Below are positions 29,192-38,641 of a stretch of DNA of 64,000 nt, piece by piece (the first letter of the stretch is position 1; each line of letters begins with the position of its first letter). The translations under genes and the position numbers were made by a program. Source of the DNA: Candidatus Caldarchaeum sp. (lineage in GTDB: Archaea; Thermoproteota; Nitrososphaeria_A; Caldarchaeales; Caldarchaeaceae); contig JAVZZH010000004.1 in the NCBI GenBank assembly GCA_038885755.1, forward strand, positions 32,001-96,000, given 5' to 3'. Under the pieces are notes generated by a model. It was not told where the DNA came from and did not search any database. It saw only the letters and a list, made by a program, of their open reading frames with translations.

Positions 29192-30220
29192 TTATGCATG
29201 AGCCGCCCCGCTCTCTTCTTCAAGCAGGAAGCATGCAGCCTCCCAGCCATATCCATGTCTGTAGGCAGGCGGTTCGGAGACATCGCACTTCCCCCTGATG
29301 AAGTAAGGGCATCTTGGATGGAACCTACAGCCAGAGGGAGGGGAGACTAGGCTCGGAGGCTCGCCCGTAATTACTTTCCTGAAGCTCAGCCTGTTGCGTG
29401 GGTTGGGGTCTGGAATAGCCTCGATCAGAGACTGTGTGTAAGGGTGTCGGGGGTTTGACAGAACTTCTTTCGTATCACCTACTTCAACGAACTTACCTGC
29501 ATACATCACCGCTATCCTGTCAGAGAAATACTTGGCAGTGGCCATGTCGTGTGTGATGTACAGAATGGTAAGCCCGTACTTCTTCTGCAGCTCCCGAAGC
29601 AGTAAAAGTATCTCGACTCTTATGGATGCGTCGAGCATCGTCACCGGCTCGTCGGCTACTATGAATTCTGGGTTGGAAATTATCGCACGGGCTATTGCGG
29701 CTCTCTGCCTCTGGCCTCCGCTGAGCATGTGGGGGTACTTTGAGGCGAAAACCTCTGGAGGATTGAGCTTGACTTCGCTGAGCGCTCTATAAACCCGTTC
29801 ACGCCGCTGTTCTCTCGTCCCGATTTTGTTGACCACCAGAGGCTCCTCCACAGCTCTGTGTATGGTGAATCCGGGGTTGAGGCTTGAGTAGGGGTCTTGA
29901 AAGACCATTCCCATCCTCCGCCTAAGTCGTTTGAGCTCCTGCTCCTTCAGCTCAGCTATGTTTACGCCGTCGAAGATTATTCTCCCGGACGTGGGCTTGA
30001 CAAGCCCCATGACAGCTCTACCGAAAGTAGTTTTTCCGGAGCCGCTTTCTCCCACCAAGGCGATAATCTCCCCCCTTCTAATCGTCAGGCTCACCCCATC
30101 AACCGCCTTTACGACCGCGGAGGCGGAGAACATCTTCTTGACCGGGAAATAGACACTCAACCCTTCCACTGAGATGAGGACTTTTTCATCCGTCAATTCC
30201 TTTCCTCCAAAAGCCAGCAC
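29192..30220 (-). CDS. oppF: Oligopeptide ABC transporter ATP-binding subunit
   Basis: GESGSGKT, LSGGQRQR, DEP and PSGCRFHPRCP motifs. Confidence 0.9.
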   Translation of the reverse strand: MLAFGGKELTDEKVLISVEGLSVYFPVKKMFSASAVVKAVDGVSLTIRRGEIIALVGESGSGKTTFGRAVMGLVKPTSGRIIFDGVNIAELKEQELKRLRRRMGMVFQDPYSSLNPGFTIHRAVEEPLVVNKIGTREQRRERVYRALSEVKLNPPEVFASKYPHMLSGGQRQRAAIARAIISNPEFIVADEPVTMLDASIRVEILLLLRELQKKYGLTILYITHDMATAKYFSDRIAVMYAGKFVEVGDTKEVLSNPRHPYTQSLIEAIPDPNPRNRLSFRKVITGEPPSLVSPPSGCRFHPRCPYFIRGKCDVSEPPAYRHGYGWEAACFLLEEESGAAHA

Positions 30221-31191
30221 ATGGCTTGATGGTTCTCATCCGCCTTGTTCATCGGTGGTTGCTCAACGTCGCACTTACCTTTTACAGCTAGTGGGCATCG
30301 TGGATGGAAGCTGCAGCCCGTAGGCAGGTTGATGAGGTCTGGAGGAGCTCCCGGTATGAAGGTAGGAGGCCTGTCCTCTCTGATGGTTGGAACACTCTCC
30401 AGCAAGAGCTTTGTGTAGGGATGTTTTGAACTCAGGTATACAGACTCCGCCGGACCTAGCTCAACAACCTTCCCAGCATACATCACCGCAACCTTGTCGG
30501 CCAGCTCGCTCGCAAGCCCGAGGTCGTGAGTGATGAAAACATACGTAAAGTCTTGCTCAAGCTTGAGTTTTTTGAGAAGGTTCATTATGTTTGCCTGAGT
30601 TATGACGTCTAGGGCGGAAGTCGGCTCGTCGAGGATGATCAGCCGAGGCTTCGACACGATAGACATCGCTATCAAAACTCTCTGCTTCATGCCGCCGCTC
30701 AGCTCGTGAGGGTAGCGTTTTCCAACCTCTGGGTTGAGACCAACGAGCTTAAGAGCCCTTATCGCCTCCGAAACGGCTTCCTGCTTGCTGTAATTCATGT
30801 TGATTATAAGAGGCTCGGCTATCTGGTTTTCGACTTTCATCACCGGGTTGAGAGAGTTCATGGCGCCCTGAAAAACCATGGAAATCCCCCCAACCCTAAC
30901 TCTTCTTCGAAAATCTTCCTCGCCTAGCTTCATGATGTCGACGCCGTTGAAGAAAACAGAGCCCTTGTATGCCGCCACGTTTCGTGGGAGTATTCTTACA
31001 ATCGCCGAGGCTGTCGAAGACTTGCCTGACCCGCTCTCACCCACTACGGCTAAGGTCTCGCCCTTCCTGACGCTGAAGCTGACATGGTTGACTGCTTTAA
31101 CAACACCCCTTAGAGTGGAGTAGTGAAGAACCAGGTCCTCCACCCTCAAAACTTCGGAATCGCCCAACCCGTTCAACCTCCCCGAAACCAT
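30193..31191 (-). CDS. oppD: Oligopeptide ABC transporter ATP-binding subunit (true start may be a few codons later)
   Basis: GESGSGKS, LSGGMKQR, DEPTSALD and GCSFHPRCP motifs. Confidence 0.9.
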   Translation of the reverse strand: MVSGRLNGLGDSEVLRVEDLVLHYSTLRGVVKAVNHVSFSVRKGETLAVVGESGSGKSSTASAIVRILPRNVAAYKGSVFFNGVDIMKLGEEDFRRRVRVGGISMVFQGAMNSLNPVMKVENQIAEPLIINMNYSKQEAVSEAIRALKLVGLNPEVGKRYPHELSGGMKQRVLIAMSIVSKPRLIILDEPTSALDVITQANIMNLLKKLKLEQDFTYVFITHDLGLASELADKVAVMYAGKVVELGPAESVYLSSKHPYTKLLLESVPTIREDRPPTFIPGAPPDLINLPTGCSFHPRCPLAVKGKCDVEQPPMNKADENHQAMCWLLEERN

Positions 31192-31391
31192 CCAAGAACT
31201 CCGTGCAGACCTATTATGGTGCCGGTGAGCGACAGCGTGTATATGACTAGGGTCAGTGTTATGTCTCGTTCAACGACGCCGAGAACCATCATGAGAGACG
31301 CAGCGAAGCCTGTGAAAAGAAGCATAAAACCAGCGAGAACCTCGTAAACCTCTCGGCTGCCGACAAGCTTCCTTCCGGGTTTTGTGCTCAT
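31173..31391 (-). CDS. Small two-TM protein inside the opp operon
   Basis: 72 aa with two hydrophobic helices; ATGA overlap with the oppC stop. Confidence 0.6.
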   Translation of the reverse strand: MSTKPGRKLVGSREVYEVLAGFMLLFTGFAASLMMVLGVVERDITLTLVIYTLSLTGTIIGLHGVLGWFRGG

Positions 31392-32779
31392 GTTTCTTTC
31401 AGCCGCGGGTTGAATATCTTGTCGAGGGCGAACCCTATGAGGGCGAAGCTCACCGAAGTGGCTGCAAGCAAGGCCGACGGTATGAGAACCCAGTAGTACT
31501 GCCCCTTGAACAGGGCGCCGAAGTAGAAGGCGTCTTGGATGACCTTACCCCACGTTGGAGTTATCGGGTCGCCTATTCCAAGTATGGCTATAGCGGCCTC
31601 GAGGAAGACGAAATCAGCAGCCGACAGAACTATGGCGGGGATCATGGTGGGTAGGACTCGCGGTATCAGGTGGAGGAAGAGGATGCGGAGGTCTCCTGCT
31701 CCGTATGACCGTGCAGCCTCGATGTAGGGTGATTCCCGTAGCTGCATGAAAAGAGCTCGGTAGTTTTTGACCCCGGGGCCGAAGGAGCTTAGAAGGATGA
31801 CTATCACGAGGATAATCCAGATGTTCACCCTGTAAAGAGTGGAGACCATTATCAGCACTGGGAGGAATGGAAGTACGAGAAAGATCTCCGTTATCCGCTG
31901 CATCAAAGTGTCGACGGGCCCGCGGAACCAAGCGCTCACGGCGCCTATGCTCATCTGGATCAGGGCTATCGATGTGGCTGCAGAGACTCCGAACAGTAAG
32001 GCGATGGGCGTTCCCCAGAGCAAGGCGATGCCTATGTCCCTTCTGAGGTGGTCGGTTCCAGCCCATCCATAAACCTTACCGTAAACCACAAGCTTTGCAT
32101 CAAAGTCGGAGTCAGCCTCGAACAGTATACCCTCGATCAAAAGCCTGTACTCACCCTTAAGAACCCGAGCTGTGTCAATTCCAAGGATGGTTTCGTCAAG
32201 AACTCCCAACAGAATCGTGGTTGTCGGAACCGTTGTGGGAGGTTTCCTGCCCAGCCTTGATTCAAGCAGCTGGTTCAGCTCGGTCGACAGAGCTGTGTCG
32301 GCTGAAACGTAGAACCTATCTTCTCTTGCGATGGTTGTTTTTCTCAACTGCAGCTCTGTACCGTCGGGCTTGACCCAAGTTATGGTAAGCTGAGGCTGGG
32401 AGACCCGGTAGGTGGAGGTGAAGAAGAGGTTTATCTCGCTGGGGAAGTCGTCGAATCCATAGTAAAACCTAATCTCGACCCTAGTTATCTTTATGTTTTC
32501 ACCAGCTCTCGCCGACACCTTGACCACTCCAGGCTTCGGAGAAGCTGTGTCGAAGACTTGCGTTGTGGGGAGGCTCTCTTTCCTGAAGAAGGCAGCCCAT
32601 GATGGCAGGGCGTTGCGTGGGTTGTCCAGCCAAGTCTGCTCACCCGCCCTCCAAAGCCTGGCAGCCTCGTCGAACGGAATTGTTATGACGGTGTAGATCG
32701 AAACAACCACGAGCGAGGATAATATCCCCACACCTACGAGGGAGGACTTGTACCGGAGAAGTGGTCTGAGCCTGCTCAT
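31388..32779 (-). CDS. oppC: Oligopeptide ABC transporter permease
   Basis: GTDHLRRD, YIEAARSYGA (EAA motif) and TWG motifs. Confidence 0.9.
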   Translation of the reverse strand: MSRLRPLLRYKSSLVGVGILSSLVVVSIYTVITIPFDEAARLWRAGEQTWLDNPRNALPSWAAFFRKESLPTTQVFDTASPKPGVVKVSARAGENIKITRVEIRFYYGFDDFPSEINLFFTSTYRVSQPQLTITWVKPDGTELQLRKTTIAREDRFYVSADTALSTELNQLLESRLGRKPPTTVPTTTILLGVLDETILGIDTARVLKGEYRLLIEGILFEADSDFDAKLVVYGKVYGWAGTDHLRRDIGIALLWGTPIALLFGVSAATSIALIQMSIGAVSAWFRGPVDTLMQRITEIFLVLPFLPVLIMVSTLYRVNIWIILVIVILLSSFGPGVKNYRALFMQLRESPYIEAARSYGAGDLRILFLHLIPRVLPTMIPAIVLSAADFVFLEAAIAILGIGDPITPTWGKVIQDAFYFGALFKGQYYWVLIPSALLAATSVSFALIGFALDKIFNPRLKET

Positions 32780-33846
32780 CTCGCCATCATTCCAACCCTT
32801 ACCCTAGGGTCGAGAACTGCGTACACCATGTCTAGGACGAAGACCGTTATCGCCAGCAAGTATGCGTAGATGACGACGAGCCCGACCAGCACGGGTGTGT
32901 CGAAGGCGACCGAGGCGACGTAGAAGAGGCTTCCGACGCCCGGCCAGTTGAAGACGGTTTCAGTTATTATCGCCCCTGTCCAAGAGCCGAGGAGGGTTAG
33001 GGAGAGGTCGGTTATGATCGGAGGAAGGGTGGGTCTTAGGATGTAGCGTCGCCTGATGAGCGGCTCTGGGATACCCCTGGCCCGCGCCACCTCGACGTAG
33101 TCCTCGCTCGAGAACATCAGGAAGAAAGTTCTCCTTGTGTACGCGTTTATGAAGAAGTAGGCTGTGAGCCAAGACAGAACTGGAAGAATCATGTGTCGAA
33201 GCACGCTCAAGGCGTATGCAAACCGGTCTGTTGGTGGAGGGATGTCGACCATTCCTCCATACGGAAGTATTCTCAAGATTGATGCGAATACGAGTATGAG
33301 GAAGAGTCCGTAGAACCAGCCGGGCAGGGAGGACAGGGGCGTGAGCAGGCTGACTATTCTGTCGACACGGCTGCCGTATCTTCTGCTGAGAAAGAGACCG
33401 GTGAAAAGCCCTAGGAAGAACAGTATCAGCTGAGTAGTTGTGAAAAGCAGGACGGTGTTGGGAAGCCTCTCCATTATTATAACCCTGACGCTTCTAGAAC
33501 CGCTGTCGCTGGATATGAACAAAGCTCTCCCAAGCTCGAGGGTCAGTGCATCTCTGAGGTAGTTGAGGCTTCTAACGAAGAACGGCTCGTCGAAGCCGAG
33601 CCTCCTCAGTTCATTCTGGTAAATCTCCTCAATCAGGTTCCTTACCTGAGTCTCGTTCAACCCCCTGTAAGCTGGGTTCTGCCTTACCTGCTGCGATACT
33701 GAGAACAGTACCTCGCCCTTGATGATTTCGTCGACGTATCCCCCCATGTTCGCTATGTATATAGTGATGTATACCGCTGCAACCACCGTCAGAGCTAGGA
33801 CCAGAGCCCTCTTGCCGAGAAAAACGATGGAGGAGGAGAACTTCAT
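32776..33846 (-). CDS. oppB: Oligopeptide ABC transporter permease
   Basis: ERLPNT, YVEVARARG, ETVFNWPGVG and LDPRVR motifs. Confidence 0.9.
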   Translation of the reverse strand: MKFSSSIVFLGKRALVLALTVVAAVYITIYIANMGGYVDEIIKGEVLFSVSQQVRQNPAYRGLNETQVRNLIEEIYQNELRRLGFDEPFFVRSLNYLRDALTLELGRALFISSDSGSRSVRVIIMERLPNTVLLFTTTQLILFFLGLFTGLFLSRRYGSRVDRIVSLLTPLSSLPGWFYGLFLILVFASILRILPYGGMVDIPPPTDRFAYALSVLRHMILPVLSWLTAYFFINAYTRRTFFLMFSSEDYVEVARARGIPEPLIRRRYILRPTLPPIITDLSLTLLGSWTGAIITETVFNWPGVGSLFYVASVAFDTPVLVGLVVIYAYLLAITVFVLDMVYAVLDPRVRVGMMAR

Positions 33847-33876
33847 TTCACAGAATTAGAAAATTGTTGGGTGTTT

Positions 33877-36549
33877 TTACTTCTTTCTCACGATGTTCAA
33901 CCCTATCCCTGCTAGCGATAGAACGACTGCCAGAACAGCCAGCCCCAGAACGAGGTTCACAGTACCTTGGAGGCCTTCAACACCCGACGTTGCTCGGTTG
34001 ACGCTGTTTGAAAGCGACCGGACCTGTGAGTCGAGGCTTGAGATCTTTGCATCTAGGTCTGCTCTAGCTTTAGCTATCTCGCTAAGGATGCCCTCCTTGA
34101 AGCTAAGCACGTTCAGGGTGGCGGCAACGGCGACAGGTATGCCTACTCTCTTGGACACGACTATCACCTCGATGCTCGCCGACCCTGTCGGCATCTTGTA
34201 AGTCTCCTCAGGTTTCAGCACTACTCTCCATCTTCCGCCGCCAACAGGTTCAGCGAACCCAACCGACGTTCCAGCTGGGCTCGTCAGAAGATACTTCACG
34301 TAGGCTATGTCTTCATCTTTGTAAGGCTGTCCTTTGAAGGTTATGGAGATGGGCACCTCCGCCGGGAAACCCGTCTCAACAGTCGGCGTCGCCAGAATCC
34401 TGACCTCGGGTATCATCGGTTCGGCGAAGACAGCCCATTTCGTCGGAGGGTCGGGGAACTCTCTGAAAGCTTTCAGGACAATTATTCTCGCCGTCGTGTC
34501 CACTCTATCGAGGTAGAAGGGCCCGTTGCCGACGAGGAAGTGGCCTTTAGAGTCAACCCACCTTTTGAGATTGTTGTACCTCTGTATTGCTTCTTGCCGC
34601 GTCAAATATTGTCCAAGAACGTTTTCATATGGTATGAACCCTTGTTGGATCGCTATGTTCAGGTATTTCTTGAGGACATCTATTGACGGGCCTGCCATGA
34701 AGCTGGTCCACTCTACTTTCAGCTGGTCGGCTTTGTCTGCTGAAAAGGCGAGCTCTCCGTTTTCTTCAGCCAACCACGCTACGGCAACGGTGTGCCATGG
34801 TCCAGGGCCATAGGCATAGTCCGTGAAGAAGGCTGAGGCGGCAGAGTTGACGTTCCATTCTGCATCAAGAAAGGCTACGTCTGAATAGTATTCTATAACA
34901 AGCGGGTCTTTGTTGACTATTTTGAAGCCCTTAAACGTCGCTCTGAATTCTTTGAAGATGGGCACGTACGACTCGTCGTAGACAGGGCTCTTAGGGTCGG
35001 CTCTGTCAAACGTAAGGATGTAGCTGAATACTATGTCGGCTAGGGACATAGTGCTTCCGTCGTGGAACTTTCTCTTAAAAAGGTCGTCTTCAAAATACAC
35101 AACGGTTTTGGTATTAGCCGTTGTACCGGGTGGTGCGTAGATTATCTCTTGTTTTTCAGCATCCCATCCATACCAAGCGTCCTCAGGTACTTTTATTTCC
35201 GGAACAAACCGGAGGTCGACATAGTCGAGCGTTGCAGTGATCGGCGTCCCGTCCAAGGCATACACCTCGGCCTTCTTAATACGCTGCGGTAGGTAAAGAC
35301 CTGTGTAGGGGTCTGGTATAACTGCTGGGTCGGACGTAGCCTTATAAACCATACTGTCATACACCCAGTTACTGCCGGCTACTGGGTTCACCGGATCAAC
35401 CAAAAGGTCTGATGATGCGATTTTGACCGAGCCGCCAACTTTGTCAACATACTTTAATGTATAGGGCCACAGCCTAGCACCTGAATATCCCCCAGCTAGG
35501 TCATAGGTAAGTTGTACATCTTTCCTAGCAGGCCATGGAGCAGTTTGGTGGATAAGCCATACTCTGACGGAGTCTTTCATAGAAAGAGTTAACGCTTTTT
35601 TCATGAGCTCGTTCCTTTCCTCTATGCTTTTGTATTCGCGGTTCAACAGTTTGGCAGACACACGGTCGAATTCCGGGTCTGGCTTGTAAGCCTGCCATAA
35701 GGGAAACGGCCGCCCTCGCGGTGTGTAAAAGACTCCAAAGTTATCCCCTTCATCCCTAGAGACTGATTCTGTTAACCAGCCGCCTGTGTAGAGGTGCCAT
35801 TTGCCGTCGGCAGGATTACCACGAATCCATATAGGTGACGCCTCTCCGCCGGTCTTGTACTGCCGGTCCACTGTGAAACCAATCTTCTCCAGCTGCGAGG
35901 AGATGTAGTCTCCTATCTGACGTCTCTGGTCTTCAACCCTTATAAGGAAAATCAGCACGACGGGCTCTCCTTCGTAGTACCATTTTCCATCACGAAGCTG
36001 GGCGCCCAGCTTTGTCATCTCTTCCCCGATAATGGTCCTAGCCTTGTCCAAGTTGTAGGCATACTCTTTCTCTATGGCTCTCAGGAGGTCAGCATACCTG
36101 CCGTAGTCCGGGAATGAAGGCGACAGAGCGGTGTACCTCGGAACTCCAAGCCCACCCATTATCTCGTTAGCGATGTAGCTCCTGTCTACAAGATAGTTTA
36201 TGGCTTCCCTTATTCGAGGCACTGAGAACGGGTTTAGCTTACCTGTGGCTGGAAACTCAGGCCCAACGGGGTTGAATGTCAGCTCGTAGTAGAGTCCATA
36301 AGACATGACATACGTGAGTTCAGGCGACGTCCTAACAGTCCTGAAAAGCGCTGGATCTCGTAGGTCCCTGAAGTAAACCTGCATCTCGTTCTTGACCAGC
36401 ATGTCAACCGCCTTCGCCTGGTCCTGCTCCACGAAGAAAACAACCTCATCCACCCATGGACCTGTCTGCTGAACCTGCGCCGACAAAGCCGGCAGCAGCA
36501 ACGAAAGCATCAAAAAAACGGTTGCCGTATGGCTAACCAGCTTTTCCAT
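33877..36549 (-). CDS. oppA: Peptide ABC transporter substrate-binding protein (family 5), archaeal long form
   Basis: N-terminal signal peptide, NPFSVPRIREAINYLVDR, FHDG and NGPFYL motifs, then a C-terminal coiled coil and TM anchor. Confidence 0.87.
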   Translation of the reverse strand: MEKLVSHTATVFLMLSLLLPALSAQVQQTGPWVDEVVFFVEQDQAKAVDMLVKNEMQVYFRDLRDPALFRTVRTSPELTYVMSYGLYYELTFNPVGPEFPATGKLNPFSVPRIREAINYLVDRSYIANEIMGGLGVPRYTALSPSFPDYGRYADLLRAIEKEYAYNLDKARTIIGEEMTKLGAQLRDGKWYYEGEPVVLIFLIRVEDQRRQIGDYISSQLEKIGFTVDRQYKTGGEASPIWIRGNPADGKWHLYTGGWLTESVSRDEGDNFGVFYTPRGRPFPLWQAYKPDPEFDRVSAKLLNREYKSIEERNELMKKALTLSMKDSVRVWLIHQTAPWPARKDVQLTYDLAGGYSGARLWPYTLKYVDKVGGSVKIASSDLLVDPVNPVAGSNWVYDSMVYKATSDPAVIPDPYTGLYLPQRIKKAEVYALDGTPITATLDYVDLRFVPEIKVPEDAWYGWDAEKQEIIYAPPGTTANTKTVVYFEDDLFKRKFHDGSTMSLADIVFSYILTFDRADPKSPVYDESYVPIFKEFRATFKGFKIVNKDPLVIEYYSDVAFLDAEWNVNSAASAFFTDYAYGPGPWHTVAVAWLAEENGELAFSADKADQLKVEWTSFMAGPSIDVLKKYLNIAIQQGFIPYENVLGQYLTRQEAIQRYNNLKRWVDSKGHFLVGNGPFYLDRVDTTARIIVLKAFREFPDPPTKWAVFAEPMIPEVRILATPTVETGFPAEVPISITFKGQPYKDEDIAYVKYLLTSPAGTSVGFAEPVGGGRWRVVLKPEETYKMPTGSASIEVIVVSKRVGIPVAVAATLNVLSFKEGILSEIAKARADLDAKISSLDSQVRSLSNSVNRATSGVEGLQGTVNLVLGLAVLAVVLSLAGIGLNIVRKK

Positions 36550-36639
36550 GCCTTTATTAAGACACATAGCTTTATAAATCTATCCCGAAAAAATCATGGC
36601 AAAACAACACTAAATAAAGCAACTACGAAAAATCATACA

Positions 36640-36716
36640 GCCCAGGTGGTATAGCCAGGTTAGCATCGCCGGCTGTCGCCCGGCGGACCCGGGTTCAAAT
36701 CCCGGCCTGGGCGCCA
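36640..36716 (+). tRNA. tRNA-Asp(GTC), intronless, CCA encoded
   Basis: Acceptor stem GCCCAGG/CCTGGGC, anticodon arm GCCGG-CTGTCGC-CCGGC, T-arm CCGGG-TTCAAAT-CCCGG, ending GCCA. Confidence 0.95.
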
Positions 36717-37276
36717 CTAATTCTCAGCTTGATCAAGCCCTTCGTCAGGGAGTGGTCTAGAATCTTTACGCCGTATTCTTCCAGGATTCCCTTCACGGCT
36801 TCGAAGACGCATTGCGTCGACTCGACTCTTCCTCCCACCCCTATGACCGCTACCTCGTAGATGCCCTTTGACGTGTATTTGACGTCGAGCTTCTTGAGCG
36901 GGAAGAACCTGCTGACGATGCCCGCGAGCTGCAGGAGGTCCTCTACGGTCTCTGCGTAGACTTTGAGGTATTTCCCCAAGTCTTGGCCGAGCTGTTTGAA
37001 TTTTTTGAGAAGGCTTTCACGGTCTCTCGAGTAGAGGTCGGCGATGAGGCTGTCCATGAAGTCGGATGGAAGCACTACGGCGTCTATGTCTCTGAGAACC
37101 CAGTAGGATTTTATCAAATTTTTGACATCCTGTATGTCGAGGTTTTCCCTGAGAAGGTCTATCGACATTTTGAGCAGCTGGTTGGTAAGCGAGTAGAGCG
37201 TCATGCGCTTCTCCTCGGCTACTCGGGAAAGGGCTTCAGCGATTTCAGCGTCGACCGCCAGAGAAGCTCTAACCAT
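36695..37276 (-). CDS. Hypothetical protein with a ribbon-helix-helix-like N-terminus
   Basis: SLAVDAEIAEALSRVAEEKRMTLYSL resembles an RHH domain; 193 aa. Confidence 0.6.
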   Translation of the reverse strand: MVRASLAVDAEIAEALSRVAEEKRMTLYSLTNQLLKMSIDLLRENLDIQDVKNLIKSYWVLRDIDAVVLPSDFMDSLIADLYSRDRESLLKKFKQLGQDLGKYLKVYAETVEDLLQLAGIVSRFFPLKKLDVKYTSKGIYEVAVIGVGGRVESTQCVFEAVKGILEEYGVKILDHSLTKGLIKLRISGAQAGI

Positions 37277-37313
37277 GACTACGGTCTTTCACCAAGTTTA
37301 TTAAACCTAGCTT

Positions 37314-38558
37314 TCACAACCTAAACCCTCTCATCGACTTCTCAAAGGTGATCTCCTCGAACCGCAGGCCTAGCTGCTTGCCATATCTGTAGGACTCGAG
37401 TATCTCCTCCTTCGTCGGATAACGAGACATCTCAACGTATCTTTTGTCGAACCGTGGGTCTGATGGGTTGCAGTAGCAGTCGGGATGGTACTGGTCCATG
37501 ATGTTCACAGGGGTTAGGGGCATGTTTTCAGCGATCCACTTCAGAACGGGTTTGGTGCAGCAGTTGACGTGCCCAGGCATGATCAAATGTCTTATGACCA
37601 CGTCCTCGCCCCAGCTGTACAGAAGCTTGTGGTTCTCGGCGACGGTCTCGAAATACCACGGCGTCCGGGAAAGCCATACGGCGCAGCGGTCGTTCCCAAA
37701 CTTGAAGTCGGGAAGCCATATGTCCACCAGCTCGTGAAGTATGTCCATGGTTTCTCGGCTCATATACATGTTGGAGTTCCAGAGAATTGGGGTGTTGAAC
37801 TCGCCCTCGTATGAGGCGTTGCGGACGTCCATGGTGTATGGATAGTATATGTCAGCCTTCGCCTCTAACGCCTTTTCCTCCACGTGGTTGAAGAACCTAA
37901 GCAGCCCTATCGCTTCGACGATAGTGTGGAGGTGGATGGTCGGCTCGCCCCCAACCAAGTTGATGTTATGACAGCCCTCCATACGCAGCTGCCACATGGC
38001 CCAGGCGAGCATGTGGGGCGTGAAGACTATTCCATTATCTTTGTCGTGAGAGATGTCAGCGTTCTGGCAGAAGACACATCTCTGGTTGCATGATGTGAAG
38101 AAGATTGTCCCCGACCCCTTCGTGCCACGTATCGGGAGTTCTTCTCCACGGTGGTGGAAGTAGCTGGAGACGCGGGATGTCTCGCCCAGCTGGCATGTCC
38201 CAAGCTTCTTGGACGCTGTTCTGTCGACTCTACAGTTCCATCGGCAGAAGTTGCAGTGGCGGAGCATCTTCTTGACGAGAGCCACCTTGAGGTCCATGAA
38301 GCTAGGCCTCTCCGTTATAAGTTCTTTCAGACCGAGGCTTCCATCCCTCACAGCCCTGAAGACCTTGCTGAATTCGTCGGCTTTCTTCCTGTGAAGGCTC
38401 CACATCTCCTCCTCGCTCAGGCTGCTCAAATCCTCTCCGACGGGTATCCGTCTACAGATAAGGTACTTGGCAGGCTTGAGGTTGTTCGCTACCGCATAGT
38501 ACCAGTCGAGCCTTCCCTTTATCTCCGGCGAACGCCACGTCTCCAAGCTAGCGAACAA
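37314..38558 (-). CDS. Radical SAM protein, PflX-like
   Basis: SGTIFFTSCNQRCVFCQN (CxxxCxxC), GGEPT, DFKFGN, RHLIMPGH and NIMDQYHP motifs. Confidence 0.88.
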   Translation of the reverse strand: MFASLETWRSPEIKGRLDWYYAVANNLKPAKYLICRRIPVGEDLSSLSEEEMWSLHRKKADEFSKVFRAVRDGSLGLKELITERPSFMDLKVALVKKMLRHCNFCRWNCRVDRTASKKLGTCQLGETSRVSSYFHHRGEELPIRGTKGSGTIFFTSCNQRCVFCQNADISHDKDNGIVFTPHMLAWAMWQLRMEGCHNINLVGGEPTIHLHTIVEAIGLLRFFNHVEEKALEAKADIYYPYTMDVRNASYEGEFNTPILWNSNMYMSRETMDILHELVDIWLPDFKFGNDRCAVWLSRTPWYFETVAENHKLLYSWGEDVVIRHLIMPGHVNCCTKPVLKWIAENMPLTPVNIMDQYHPDCYCNPSDPRFDKRYVEMSRYPTKEEILESYRYGKQLGLRFEEITFEKSMRGFRL

Positions 38559-38592
38559 GACTTGCCCTACGACATTAAGAGCGGTGCTTACG

Positions 38593-38616
38593 TAAAAGCC
38601 TTGCTTTAGGCTTTTA
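38593..38616. promoter_or_regulatory. 9-bp inverted repeat between divergent genes (back-to-back TATA-like elements or an operator)
   Basis: TAAAAGCCT-tgcttt-AGGCTTTTA. Confidence 0.45.
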
Positions 38617-38641
38617 TGAAGGGTTGTTGAGTTAGACGTCT

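Noticed and set aside
36640-37300. tRNA-Asp as an integration site for a mobile element
   Set aside because: No integrase and no duplicated tRNA 3' end were noticed in the window by eye.
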